DNA of 37,302 nt from Candidatus Cloacimonadota bacterium (GTDB lineage: Bacteria; Cloacimonadota; Cloacimonadia; Cloacimonadales; WRIO01). Positions 1 to 9,028 of this stretch are shown piece by piece; the first letter of the stretch is position 1; the number at the start of each line of letters is the position of its first letter. The translations under genes and the position numbers were made by a program. Location: the NCBI GenBank assembly GCA_029564175.1, contig JAKQQL010000103.1:1-37302 (forward strand), given 5' to 3'. The notes beneath the pieces are model-generated. The model was given only the letters and a program-made list of their open reading frames with translations. It had not been told where the DNA came from and made no database searches.

Positions 1-84
1 AAAATTAAAGATTGTATCAATTACAATCCAAAATACAGTCTTGAAAAAATCATTGAAAGAGTGATAAATTACTATGCATCGTAA
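1..84 (+). CDS. 3' end of an upstream gene (partial), probably an NAD-dependent sugar epimerase/dehydratase
   Basis: Frame 1 reads KIKDCINYNPKYSLEKIIERVINYYAS*, resembling the K...(G/N)Y.P..SL..II....Y C-terminus of extended-SDR epimerases. It overlaps the next ATG (74), and the neighbours are polysaccharide genes. Confidence 0.5.
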   Translation, partial: KIKDCINYNPKYSLEKIIERVINYYAS

Positions 85-1150
85 GATTATCTTAACACTT
101 ATCAGTCTTTGGATTTTAAGTTTATCCTTATTTGCAACAGAATATGCCGTTGATCCGGATCAGTACATTGTAAAAATGAATGATGTGTTTTTAATTCAGA
201 CAGTTGTGCCAGATACAATGAGTCTCAGAGTTCCTGTATTGCCTACAGGTCAACTGAATCTTTTTCCGATGGCTGACACAGTTATGGTCGCAGGAAAAAC
301 ACTAAAAAAGGCATATGAGGAAATCAATACCCGTTTAAACAAGTTTATGAAAAAACCAAATGTGCAAGTGATGTTGCTGAATATAGCGCCAATCACCTAT
401 ACTGTTTCCGGAGCGGTAAACAGATCAGGAGAATATACCTCCAAAGAACCACTTTCATTATTTCAGGCAGTTAAGCTGGCAGGTGGATTAAATGGTAATG
501 CAGGCAGCGAAGTGAGTATCAAAAGAAATGGCAAAGAGATTATCTGCAATATTTCTAAATATTTATCAGAAGGGGATGACACTCAAAATCCTCAGATTTA
601 TCATAAGGATGTATTAAATGTCACTTTTGCGAAAGATTGCCTAAGAGTATATACGAGTAACGACACGATTAACTATATTGAATCTGTATCACTTGATAGT
701 GAAAAGCCAGTCTTTGAAGTCATTAAAATGCTAAATTTGAAGTATAGCGCTTCTTCTTATGGTCAGTTTACGCTAGTTCGTGATGGAAATGTTTCGCTCA
801 TAAAGATAGATGATAAAGTCAAAAATAATGATAAACTAATCATTTCAACAGATGATATGTTTGTTTATGTCATGGGCAGTGTGGATGAACCAGGCAGATT
901 TGCTTATAATGGTGGGCAAAAGGCAATTCATTATATTGCATTGTCTGGTGGTTTTACTAAGGATGCTTCGACAAAAACCTGTTATCTGATAGATAAAAAC
1001 GGAGTGAAGAAAAAGTATAAGGGTCAACCTATTCAGCAGGGAGATACCATTCTGGTACCTGAATCCTGGCGAGCTGTTACCGCTGCTTATTTAGTACCGG
1101 TCAGTACGGTTATTTCGGTTATATCTACCATAATATTATTAAGTCGATAG
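74..1150 (+). CDS. Polysaccharide export / SLBB-domain protein (Wza/OPX-like)
   Basis: Signal peptide; Poly_export-like segment (GQLNLFP..TVMVAGKTL); two SLBB motifs (VSGAVNRSGEY...AVKLAGG and VYVMGSVDEPGRF...YIALSGG); hydrophobic C-terminal helix. Confidence 0.8.
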   Translation: MHRKIILTLISLWILSLSLFATEYAVDPDQYIVKMNDVFLIQTVVPDTMSLRVPVLPTGQLNLFPMADTVMVAGKTLKKAYEEINTRLNKFMKKPNVQVMLLNIAPITYTVSGAVNRSGEYTSKEPLSLFQAVKLAGGLNGNAGSEVSIKRNGKEIICNISKYLSEGDDTQNPQIYHKDVLNVTFAKDCLRVYTSNDTINYIESVSLDSEKPVFEVIKMLNLKYSASSYGQFTLVRDGNVSLIKIDDKVKNNDKLIISTDDMFVYVMGSVDEPGRFAYNGGQKAIHYIALSGGFTKDASTKTCYLIDKNGVKKKYKGQPIQQGDTILVPESWRAVTAAYLVPVSTVISVISTIILLSR

Positions 1151-1176
1151 ATAAAAATGCAAAGAAAGAGGTCAAA

Positions 1177-2280
1177 ATGAAAGTACAACTTTTGGATTTA
1201 AATGCACAATACGAACCCATAATGAATGAAATTCGTACTGAGATGGATAAAGTACTCAATAGTCATCAATATATTTTAGGACCAGCAGTCAAGGAATTTG
1301 AAGAACAGATGCAGGAATACTTGCAGGTGAAACATGCTGTTGGCTGTGCAAACGGTACTGATGCACTTGTCTTAGCATTAAAAGCACTTGAAATTGGCAA
1401 TGGTGATGAAGTGATTACGACACCATTTACTTTTTTTGCAACAGCTTCCTGTATTCACAGAGTTGGGGCAAAACCTGTCTTTGTAGATGTAAAAGAAGAT
1501 ACTTTCAATATTGACCCTGATCAGATTGAAAAAGCGATTACAAATAATACCAAAGCAATTATCCCTGTTCACTTATTCGGACAGGCAGCGGAAATGGATA
1601 AGATTATGGAGATAGCTAAAAAGCATCATCTCTATGTGATTGAAGACAATGCTCAGGGTATTGGTTGTCAGTATGATGGAAAATATGCCGGCACCATTGC
1701 AGATATTGGAACCCTTTCTTTCTTCCCAAGTAAGAATCTTGGATGTATGGGTGATGGCGGAATGTGCTTAACTCAGAATGACGATTTAGCTGCAAAATTA
1801 AAACAATTACGTGTTCATGGCGAAAGCCCGAAATATTTCCATAAATGGGTAGGTCTTAACAGTCGTCTGGATTCATTACAGGCAGCGGTTTTAAAAGTGA
1901 AACTCAGATATCTCCATGGATGGTCTGATGCCAGAAGAAAAAATGCTCAGTTGTATTATGAACTTCTTAAAGATGTTAAAGAAATCAAATTGCCCTATAT
2001 TCATCCCAAAGCTGATAGTATTTATAATCAGTTTACTATTGTTTCAGAAAACAGAGATGAACTGATGAAGGAATTACAGGCAAAAGAAATTGGCTGTGCG
2101 ATTTATTATCCGCTTCCATTACATGTACAGGAATGTTTTGCTGAAGTAGGTCAAAAAGAAGGAGATTGCCCGATTGCAGAAAGATTGGCAAAACAGGTTG
2201 TTTCTATTCCGATTTATTCAGAACTGACTGAAGAACAAATCAGATTCGTCGCTGAAACAATCATCAATTTTTATAAATAA
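1177..2280 (+). CDS. DegT/DnrJ/EryC1/StrS family PLP-dependent sugar aminotransferase
   Basis: Motifs NGTDAL, TPFTFFAT, PVHLFGQ, IEDNAQ, SFFPSKNLG (PLP lysine) and NSRLD. Confidence 0.95.
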   Translation: MKVQLLDLNAQYEPIMNEIRTEMDKVLNSHQYILGPAVKEFEEQMQEYLQVKHAVGCANGTDALVLALKALEIGNGDEVITTPFTFFATASCIHRVGAKPVFVDVKEDTFNIDPDQIEKAITNNTKAIIPVHLFGQAAEMDKIMEIAKKHHLYVIEDNAQGIGCQYDGKYAGTIADIGTLSFFPSKNLGCMGDGGMCLTQNDDLAAKLKQLRVHGESPKYFHKWVGLNSRLDSLQAAVLKVKLRYLHGWSDARRKNAQLYYELLKDVKEIKLPYIHPKADSIYNQFTIVSENRDELMKELQAKEIGCAIYYPLPLHVQECFAEVGQKEGDCPIAERLAKQVVSIPIYSELTEEQIRFVAETIINFYK

Positions 2281-2294
2281 TAAGGAGAAATCCC

Positions 2295-3077
2295 ATGAAT
2301 ATCATTGTCTGTATAAAACAAGTGCCAGACACTACAGAAATTAAGATAGACCCTGCTACCAATACCCTGATTCGTGAAGGGGTAGAAAGTATCATCAATC
2401 CATTTGATCTCTATGCGATCGAAGAAGCGGTGCGTTTGAAAGAACAGTTTGGCGGAACCGTTACTGCTGTAACCATGGGACCTCCACAGGCAGAAGTTGC
2501 ACTTAGAGATGCAGTCGCACTTGGTGTTGATAAAATCATTCTCTTATCAGATCGAAAATTTGCAGGAGCAGATACATGGGCGACTTCTTTAACACTTGCC
2601 GGAGCCGTTAAAAAGATCGCTGATTACGATCTGGTCTTGTTTGGACAACAGGCAATAGACGGAGATACGGCACAAGTTGGTCCTGGTGTAGCAGCTCATT
2701 TAGACTTACCTCAGGTTTGTTTTGTCAGAAAGATTGAAAAAATCGAAGCAGATACTGTAGTCCTTCAACGTCTGATGGAAGATGGATATGACAGACTTCA
2801 GATAAAGATGCCGGCTGTTGTAACAGTGGTAAAAGAAATCAATACACCACGTTTGCCTTCACTCAGAGGTAAGAAAAATGCACGTTCAGTTGAATTAACA
2901 GTATGGAATGCTCAGGATCTGGCATTGGATGAGAAAGAAATAGGCCTGAATGGTTCTCCAACTCAGGTAGTTAAAATATTCTCTCCTGATTTACAAAAAT
3001 CAGGGGAAAAATATGAAGTAAGCCCTGAAGAATCAGCAGAAATACTCTATCGCCGTATTAAAGAGCTTAAACATTAA
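2295..3077 (+). CDS. etfB: Electron transfer flavoprotein beta subunit (EtfB/FixA)
   Basis: VCIKQVPD, INPFD, GADTWATS, GQQAIDGDTAQVGP, GLNGSPT; RBS AAGGAG upstream. Confidence 0.95.
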   Translation: MNIIVCIKQVPDTTEIKIDPATNTLIREGVESIINPFDLYAIEEAVRLKEQFGGTVTAVTMGPPQAEVALRDAVALGVDKIILLSDRKFAGADTWATSLTLAGAVKKIADYDLVLFGQQAIDGDTAQVGPGVAAHLDLPQVCFVRKIEKIEADTVVLQRLMEDGYDRLQIKMPAVVTVVKEINTPRLPSLRGKKNARSVELTVWNAQDLALDEKEIGLNGSPTQVVKIFSPDLQKSGEKYEVSPEESAEILYRRIKELKH

Positions 3078-3886
3078 TGAATCATTATATTCATGATTTA
3101 AATCCAACTATTTTTACCATCGGACCCTTTGAGGTTCGGTGGTATGGTTTATTTTACGTTATCAGTTTTTTACTAGGGTACTGGCTAATCAAGAAAAATT
3201 TTAAGCACAAAGGCATTGTAATTAATGGCGAAGATTATGATACCTTTGTTTTTAATCTGATGCTGGGTGTGATACTTGGTGGCAGAATGGGTTATATCCT
3301 GTTTTATAATCTGGCATTTTATATCAGTAACCCGCTTGCTGTGTTTTATGTTTGGGAAGGCGGTATGTCTTTTCATGGCGGAGCACTCGGAGTCATTGTT
3401 GCCGGCTGGCTATTTTGCAGAAAGCACAAACTTTCGTTTTACCAACTGGCTGATCCGGTCATGCCCATTGTGGCAATTGGACTCGGTCTAGGCAGACTGG
3501 GTAATTTTATCAATGGAGAATTATACGGCAGAGAAACCACAGTTCCATGGGGGATGATTTTTCCTGGTTCTGATCCTCAAGCATTGGTCAGACACCCTTC
3601 ACAATTGTATGAACTCTTTCTCGAAGGAATTGTATTAGGACTGTTTTTGCAATGGCTGTATCGAAAAACTAAAAAAGCAGGTTATGTATTCTGGTCATTT
3701 ATTGGCGGATATGGTCTATTCCGGTTTATAATCGAATATTTCAGAGAACCGGATGATATAGAACTTTATAAAAATGGCTTATTGCTACACTATTTTACAA
3801 TGGGGCAGATGCTGAGTTTGATTATGCTACTGGTAAGTATGATATTTATTATCTTTCTGATGAGGAAAAATGAAAAAAATCAATAA
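3077..3886 (+). CDS. lgt: Prolipoprotein diacylglyceryl transferase
   Basis: VRWYG, GGRMGY, WEGGMSFHGG, GRLGNFINGELYGR, RHPSQLYE, EYFREPD. Confidence 0.97.
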   Translation: MNHYIHDLNPTIFTIGPFEVRWYGLFYVISFLLGYWLIKKNFKHKGIVINGEDYDTFVFNLMLGVILGGRMGYILFYNLAFYISNPLAVFYVWEGGMSFHGGALGVIVAGWLFCRKHKLSFYQLADPVMPIVAIGLGLGRLGNFINGELYGRETTVPWGMIFPGSDPQALVRHPSQLYELFLEGIVLGLFLQWLYRKTKKAGYVFWSFIGGYGLFRFIIEYFREPDDIELYKNGLLLHYFTMGQMLSLIMLLVSMIFIIFLMRKNEKNQ

Positions 3887-4559
3887 TGCAAATTATCAAT
3901 TTTTAAACAAGACAAGCAGCTTACTTGTCTTTCTTTTCATTATGTTCACTCTGTTTTTTACTGCCTGTACGCCAAAAACTGCTGGTTTAGCAGTTAAACA
4001 TCCTAAAAAACTTCTTCTAGCTAGAGATGAACTGAAAAGATGGCAGACTTTTCAAATGGAAGGGCTTGCTGAAGTGCAGTTTAAGATGTTTGTATTCAGA
4101 AAGAACTTTGTTTTGAATAAAAGTAGAGAAGCTGTGCGTTTTGATATGCTGGATTCAGGTGTTTTTGGAATGGGAGCTTCTAATATAAGTGTTTATATGG
4201 ATTCTACGATGCAGGTAAATGCCATGTGGGGAAAACAGTCTTTAGATATGAATGCACCTGATGAAATCAGAGATATTTACAAATGGTTCAATGAGGCTGA
4301 TGTAGATGATCTGAATCTGTATTTGCAAGATATTGTAGAATATAATGAATTTACAAAAGATGGTATTCGTTTTGTGTTTAATCATCAGATGCGACTAAAA
4401 CTTATCACTGTTGAAGATATAAAAATCAGGTTGGAATTCAGCTATGATTATGGTTCAAATCTGAGCGAAATAAATGTCTGGCTAGCTAACCTGAAAATCT
4501 GTAATTTTAAAATTGACAAAATTAGCTATAACAATATAAGTGTAACAAAATTAAGATGA
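3870..4559 (+). CDS. Hypothetical lipoprotein, beta-rich (possibly LolA/LolB- or DUF4292-like fold)
   Basis: Hydrophobic stretch ending in lipobox-like LFFTA-C; strand-like mature part; overlaps the lgt stop. Confidence 0.6.
   Translation: MKKINNANYQFLNKTSSLLVFLFIMFTLFFTACTPKTAGLAVKHPKKLLLARDELKRWQTFQMEGLAEVQFKMFVFRKNFVLNKSREAVRFDMLDSGVFGMGASNISVYMDSTMQVNAMWGKQSLDMNAPDEIRDIYKWFNEADVDDLNLYLQDIVEYNEFTKDGIRFVFNHQMRLKLITVEDIKIRLEFSYDYGSNLSEINVWLANLKICNFKIDKISYNNISVTKLR
4513..4540 (+). promoter_or_regulatory. Putative sigma70 promoter for purB, inside the upstream gene's 3' end
   Basis: TTGACA (4513-4518), 16-bp spacer, TATAAG (4535-4540), about 60 bp before the purB ATG. Confidence 0.5.
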
Positions 4560-4600
4560 TATAAGTGTATCATTATAAATTGATTATAAGAGGGATGTAA

Positions 4601-5902
4601 ATGATTGATCGATATAGTCGTCCGGAAATGAAAAATATTTGGTCGCAACAGAATAAATACCAATGCTGGCTTGATGTGGAATTAGCAGCCTGTAAAGCCA
4701 TGAATCAGCTGGGAATAATCCCTGATGATGACTTAAAAGTAATTCTTGAAAAAGCCGATTTTAATGCTGATCGTGTGGATGAAATAGAATTGACAACCAA
4801 GCATGATGTAATTGCTTTTTTAACCAATGTGGCTGAATATGTGGGTGAACCTTCCCGTTGGATTCATTACGGAATGACCTCTTCAGATGTGTTGGATACT
4901 GCGCTTGCTCTGCAAATGAAACAGGCCGCAGAGTTAATTCTTACTCAACTGGATGAAATTTGCGTTGTACTGAAAAGAAGAGCACTTGAATATAAAGATA
5001 CTCTGACGATTGGCCGTTCTCATGGAATTCATGCAGAACCAACCAGTTTTGGATTAAAATTTGCCTTGTGGTATGACGAGATGCAAAGAAATATTGTACG
5101 TATGAAAAATGCGCTAAAAGAAGCAGCTGTTGGTCAATTTTCAGGTGCAGTGGGTAATTATGCCCATATTTCACCGGAGATTGAGAGAATTGCCTGCGAG
5201 CATTTGCAATTGACACCGGTCAATATTTCCACTCAGGTAATTCAGAGAGACATTCATTCAGAATATCTTTCTGTAATTGCGATTATCGGTTCCACGATTG
5301 AAAAAATGGCAACCGAGATTCGTCATTGTCAGAGAACTGAAGTACTGGAAATGGAAGAAAGCTTCTCAAAAGGGCAGAAGGGTTCTTCTGCAATGCCTCA
5401 TAAGAAAAATCCAATAACTAGTGAGCAGATGTGCGGATTAGCAAGAGTGCTTCGTTCCAATGCGATGGCAGCGATGGAAAATAATGCGCTTTGGCATGAA
5501 AGAGATATTAGTCACTCATCTGTTGAGCGGATTATACTGCCGGATTCAACCATTCTTTTACACTATATGCTCCATAAGATGATTGCTCTGATTGATAATA
5601 TTGTCGTTTATCCGGAACATATTGAGAGAAATTTAAAACTGACCAACGGTCTGATTTTTTCTCAGGTATTGCTGCTTAAACTGGCTGAAAAGGGATGCTC
5701 CAGAGAAGACTCTTATGCCATCATACAGAGAAATGCAATGAAATGCTGGAAAGAAAAAGTCTCATTTCAATCATTAGTTGAGGAAGATGAAGAAGTGATC
5801 AAATACATTAGCAAGACTGATATTGATGAAGTCTTTGATTATAAACGGTATCTGACAAATGTTGATTTTATCTATCAACGTATCGGTTTAATAGAGGCAT
5901 AA
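4601..5902 (+). CDS. purB: Adenylosuccinate lyase
   Basis: MIDRYSRPEM start, KHDVIAF, HYGMTSSD, GRSHGIHAEP, signature GSSAMPHKKNP, LWHERDISHSS. Confidence 0.97.
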   Translation: MIDRYSRPEMKNIWSQQNKYQCWLDVELAACKAMNQLGIIPDDDLKVILEKADFNADRVDEIELTTKHDVIAFLTNVAEYVGEPSRWIHYGMTSSDVLDTALALQMKQAAELILTQLDEICVVLKRRALEYKDTLTIGRSHGIHAEPTSFGLKFALWYDEMQRNIVRMKNALKEAAVGQFSGAVGNYAHISPEIERIACEHLQLTPVNISTQVIQRDIHSEYLSVIAIIGSTIEKMATEIRHCQRTEVLEMEESFSKGQKGSSAMPHKKNPITSEQMCGLARVLRSNAMAAMENNALWHERDISHSSVERIILPDSTILLHYMLHKMIALIDNIVVYPEHIERNLKLTNGLIFSQVLLLKLAEKGCSREDSYAIIQRNAMKCWKEKVSFQSLVEEDEEVIKYISKTDIDEVFDYKRYLTNVDFIYQRIGLIEA

Positions 5903-6507
5903 TGAGAAGGGATCATAATCCGCTAGAATTCATCAACCGAATTCAAAAAGAAAAATATAAAATGCTGGCGATACCAATCATTGTGATTGTTATCAACTTT
6001 GCGGTTAAAATGTTTATTGGAGTCGATTTTGTAAAGTACATCTCAGCAGTTGCAATGGCACTCTATTTGATAATTTTGTGGTTGTACAGATTAAGTCATC
6101 CAAATATTGAAATCAATGAGTCTAATTTGCTGGCACCGGTAAATGGCAAGATACTAGAAATAAAAAAGATTGAAGATGGATTTCAGTTAATAATATTGAA
6201 AAACTGGTTTCAGTCTTCAGAAATCAGAACCATGAGTAATCTTGATCTCATAAATGAAATTGAAAAGACTGATCAAGCTTGTTTTATGGTGAAGGGTGTC
6301 TGGTCAAAGATTTTTACAGAGAAGAATCCTCATTTACAGGGACAGCTGATTGGCGTTGCTCCAGGCAAATGTATGGCATATATCAATATCCCTGATACTT
6401 ATGAGATAAGTGCCAGATTAAATGATCAGCTAGAGGCAGGCGTTTCGATATTGGCAACCTCCAAAAATGCTTCTGGTGATAGTAATTCAGGACGTGATGA
6501 TGAATAA
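5902..6507 (+). CDS. Divergent phosphatidylserine decarboxylase-like protein lacking the canonical catalytic motifs
   Basis: Two N-terminal TM helices, APVNGKI (cf. APADGKV), GQLIG and C-terminal LEAGVSILA (cf. V.AGET.LA), directly upstream of pssA. No (F/L)GS self-cleavage motif. Confidence 0.55.
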   Translation: MRRDHNPLEFINRIQKEKYKMLAIPIIVIVINFAVKMFIGVDFVKYISAVAMALYLIILWLYRLSHPNIEINESNLLAPVNGKILEIKKIEDGFQLIILKNWFQSSEIRTMSNLDLINEIEKTDQACFMVKGVWSKIFTEKNPHLQGQLIGVAPGKCMAYINIPDTYEISARLNDQLEAGVSILATSKNASGDSNSGRDDE

Positions 6508-7237
6508 ACAATTAAGATATATAGTTCCTAATCTTTTTACGATTAGTAGTTTGTTTGCCGGACTTGCAGCTTTGCATTTCACTGCTCAGACTGAGTTTGT
6601 TAGAGCTGCATGGTTTGTAACGCTTTCGATTGTGCTTGATGGTTTGGATGGGAAAACAGCTCGTTTATTATGTGCCACATCAAAGTTTGGAGCAGAGGCT
6701 GATTCTTTTGCTGACTTTGTTGCCTTTGGTGTTGTGCCTGGTTTTCTAGCATGGCAGATTTGTTTGAAGAATTTTGGGCTTTTAGGGATGAGTGTTTTTG
6801 CATTCTATGTTTTATGTGGCGGTTTTAGACTGGTGCGTTTTAATCTGGGGAATAAAAATCCAAATGTTAAGTCAGATTTTCAAGGTTTACCCATTCCGGC
6901 AGGTGCAGCGGTCATTGCGTCATTTATTCTTTTTACACATAAGGTTTTTGCCACTTTTAATGGAGATGTCTTATTTCTCTTTGTTACAATCTTCACTTCA
7001 TTTTTGATGGTAAGCCATGTTCCTTATGTTGCCGTAAATAAAAGTCCTCATTGTAACCGATCCAGAAATATCATGATTTCAGTGGTATTAGTGGCATTAG
7101 CCTTATCGGTGAAGTATTTCTCTTATGTGTATATTGTTAGCATTTGGGCATATATATTTAGTGGTTTTATGCACTTGATAAGTCAGTTAATCCATATGAA
7201 AATGAATAAACGAAATGAAATCGAAAGGTATAAATAG
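6500..7237 (+). CDS. pssA: CDP-diacylglycerol--serine O-phosphatidyltransferase (CDP-alcohol phosphotransferase)
   Basis: PNLFT, DGLDGKTAR...SKFGAEADSFADFVAFGVVP, RLVRFN, FQGLPIPAGA, LMVS. Start moved to the ATG at 6500 (6497 also possible) after AGGA. Confidence 0.88.
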   Translation: MNKQLRYIVPNLFTISSLFAGLAALHFTAQTEFVRAAWFVTLSIVLDGLDGKTARLLCATSKFGAEADSFADFVAFGVVPGFLAWQICLKNFGLLGMSVFAFYVLCGGFRLVRFNLGNKNPNVKSDFQGLPIPAGAAVIASFILFTHKVFATFNGDVLFLFVTIFTSFLMVSHVPYVAVNKSPHCNRSRNIMISVVLVALALSVKYFSYVYIVSIWAYIFSGFMHLISQLIHMKMNKRNEIERYK

Positions 7238-7239
7238 AA

Positions 7240-7491
7240 ATGTTTAAAGCAAAGATATTTGTTTCCCTTAAACCAAGTGTACTTGATCCTCAGGGACAGG
7301 TGATTAGCAATGCGTTGCATACACTGGGTTATAAGGATGTTAATGAAACCAGAGTCAGTAAATATTTTGAAATTCTCATGGACACAGATGATTTTGAGAA
7401 AGCGGAAGCTGACATTGTGAATATTTGTGATAAAGTGCTGGCAAATCCGAATACGGAAGTCTGGACCTATCAGCTGGAAGGCGTAAAATGA
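7240..7491 (+). CDS. purS: Phosphoribosylformylglycinamidine synthase subunit PurS
   Basis: LKPSVLDPQG and LANP motifs, 83 aa, upstream of purQ. Confidence 0.95.
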   Translation: MFKAKIFVSLKPSVLDPQGQVISNALHTLGYKDVNETRVSKYFEILMDTDDFEKAEADIVNICDKVLANPNTEVWTYQLEGVK

Positions 7492-8192
7492 GAAAAGTCA
7501 GATTTAATGTTTTAACCTTTCCGGGTTCGAACTGTGATCACGACAGCTATTGGATTCCAAAGATCAGAGAGAACGAAGTCGAGTTTGTATGGCATAAGGA
7601 AACATCTCTTAAAAATCCGGATATTATCATTGTACCCGGTGGATTTTCTTATGGTGATTATCTGAGATGCGGAGCGATTGCCAAGTTTTCCCCCATTATG
7701 CAGGAAGTGAAGAAATTTGCAGATAATGGCGGACTGGTAATCGGTATTTGTAATGGATTTCAGATTCTGACAGAATGCGGATTATTACCAGGTGCTCTGA
7801 TGATGAATAAGCATCTTCATTTTATTTGTAAACATCAATACATTGCCGTTCAAACAACCAATACGCCTTTTACACATCTTTATGAAAAGAATCAAGCTTT
7901 AGATATTCCAATAGCACATAAAGAAGGTAATTACTATATTGATCAGGAAGGACTGAAGGCTCTTCAGGATAATGATCAGATTGTATTCCGTTACTGTGAT
8001 GAAAACGGAAATGTTGATGACAAATTTAATCCTAATGGTGCAATTGATAATATTGCCGGTATTGTAAACCTGAAACGAAACGTATTGGGTATGATGCCAC
8101 ACCCTGAACGTGCCAGCGAAAACGTGGTCAGTAGCCAGGATGGACAAATCCTTTTTGCCAGTATTGAAAAATGGTTTAAAGACCGTATGTGA
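7488..8192 (+). CDS. purQ: Phosphoribosylformylglycinamidine synthase glutaminase subunit PurQ
   Basis: FPGSNCD, PGGFSYGDYLR, GICNGFQ (catalytic Cys), NPNG, GMMPHPER. Confidence 0.97.
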   Translation: MRKVRFNVLTFPGSNCDHDSYWIPKIRENEVEFVWHKETSLKNPDIIIVPGGFSYGDYLRCGAIAKFSPIMQEVKKFADNGGLVIGICNGFQILTECGLLPGALMMNKHLHFICKHQYIAVQTTNTPFTHLYEKNQALDIPIAHKEGNYYIDQEGLKALQDNDQIVFRYCDENGNVDDKFNPNGAIDNIAGIVNLKRNVLGMMPHPERASENVVSSQDGQILFASIEKWFKDRM

Positions 8193-8850
8193 TTTGATAT
8201 TCCCAAGGGCTTGTATTAACTGTCAAAGCCGACTCAGCCCTACAGAGACATATTTGTGTGAATCGTGTTTTAAACAACTGATCTTATTAAAGACGCATAT
8301 TCGTGATGAATGGGAAATACCCGTGAAGTATTTCGATCGTGCTTATTCAATATTCCGGTATGATGGACCTGTCAGGCAATGTATTCATTTTCTGAAGTAT
8401 GAAGAATATACTCATATTGCAGAATATATGGCAATACTGATGCTTGAAACAGGAGGTTTGAAAGTCCCCGTAAATTATGATTTTGTCATTCCTGTTCCTT
8501 TACATCCAGTAAAGAAGCGAGAAAGAGGCTATAATCAGGCAGAACTTTTTGCAAATGCAATTGCAAAACGTCTTGGTCTGTCTGTTGAATTGAATATTGT
8601 TACCCGAAACAGGTACACTGAAACTCAGACTTTAAAAAGCCATCAGGAAAGAATTTCAAATGTCAGTCATGCCTTTAAATGTTATACAAAGGCGGATATA
8701 CAGGGTAAAAAGATCTTACTGGTAGATGATGTGGTAACAACAGGCTCTACGATTAACAGTATTGCTCAGCTTCTTAAAGAAAGAAAAGCGAAACGGGTCG
8801 ATATTCTAACTTTTGCTTTTGCCAATATTGGTAAGCACCAGACTGTGTAA
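8140..8850 (+). CDS. comF: ComF family protein (zinc-ribbon plus PRTase domain)
   Basis: LIFPRACINC...LCESC, PVPLH...RERGYNQA, LLVDDVVTTGST. Start uncertain (ATG 8140 or TTG 8164). Confidence 0.9.
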   Translation: MDKSFLPVLKNGLKTVCDLIFPRACINCQSRLSPTETYLCESCFKQLILLKTHIRDEWEIPVKYFDRAYSIFRYDGPVRQCIHFLKYEEYTHIAEYMAILMLETGGLKVPVNYDFVIPVPLHPVKKRERGYNQAELFANAIAKRLGLSVELNIVTRNRYTETQTLKSHQERISNVSHAFKCYTKADIQGKKILLVDDVVTTGSTINSIAQLLKERKAKRVDILTFAFANIGKHQTV

Positions 8851-8879
8851 TGCAAACTAACAGCATGCGAAATAATTAA

Positions 8880-8937
8880 CCGTACTGCAAGCATCCTGCT
8901 TGCAGATTAGGCTACAAGCAAGATGCTTGTAGTACGG
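8880..8937. repeat. REP-like inverted doublet (two 26-bp units, each itself a hairpin)
   Basis: CCGTACTGCAAGCATCCTGCTTGCAG (8880-8905) and CTACAAGCAAGATGCTTGTAGTACGG (8912-8937) are reverse complements at 23 of 26 positions. Each holds a perfect 9-bp stem with a 3-nt loop. Confidence 0.8.
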
Positions 8938-9028
8938 CAATATGTTACCAGCTCGTGATCTGTCTGTCAAGCAGAGTATTTACCTTATCAAATCCATCAT
9001 CCGAATAAACTACTAAAGAAAGAAAACT

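Noticed and set aside
7240..8192. purS-purQ without purL
   Set aside because: Dispersed pur genes are common, and purL is probably elsewhere in the genome.
8880..8937. CRISPR repeat or IS-end interpretation of the palindrome
   Set aside because: There are only two inverted units, with no spacers, cas genes, transposase or target-site duplication.
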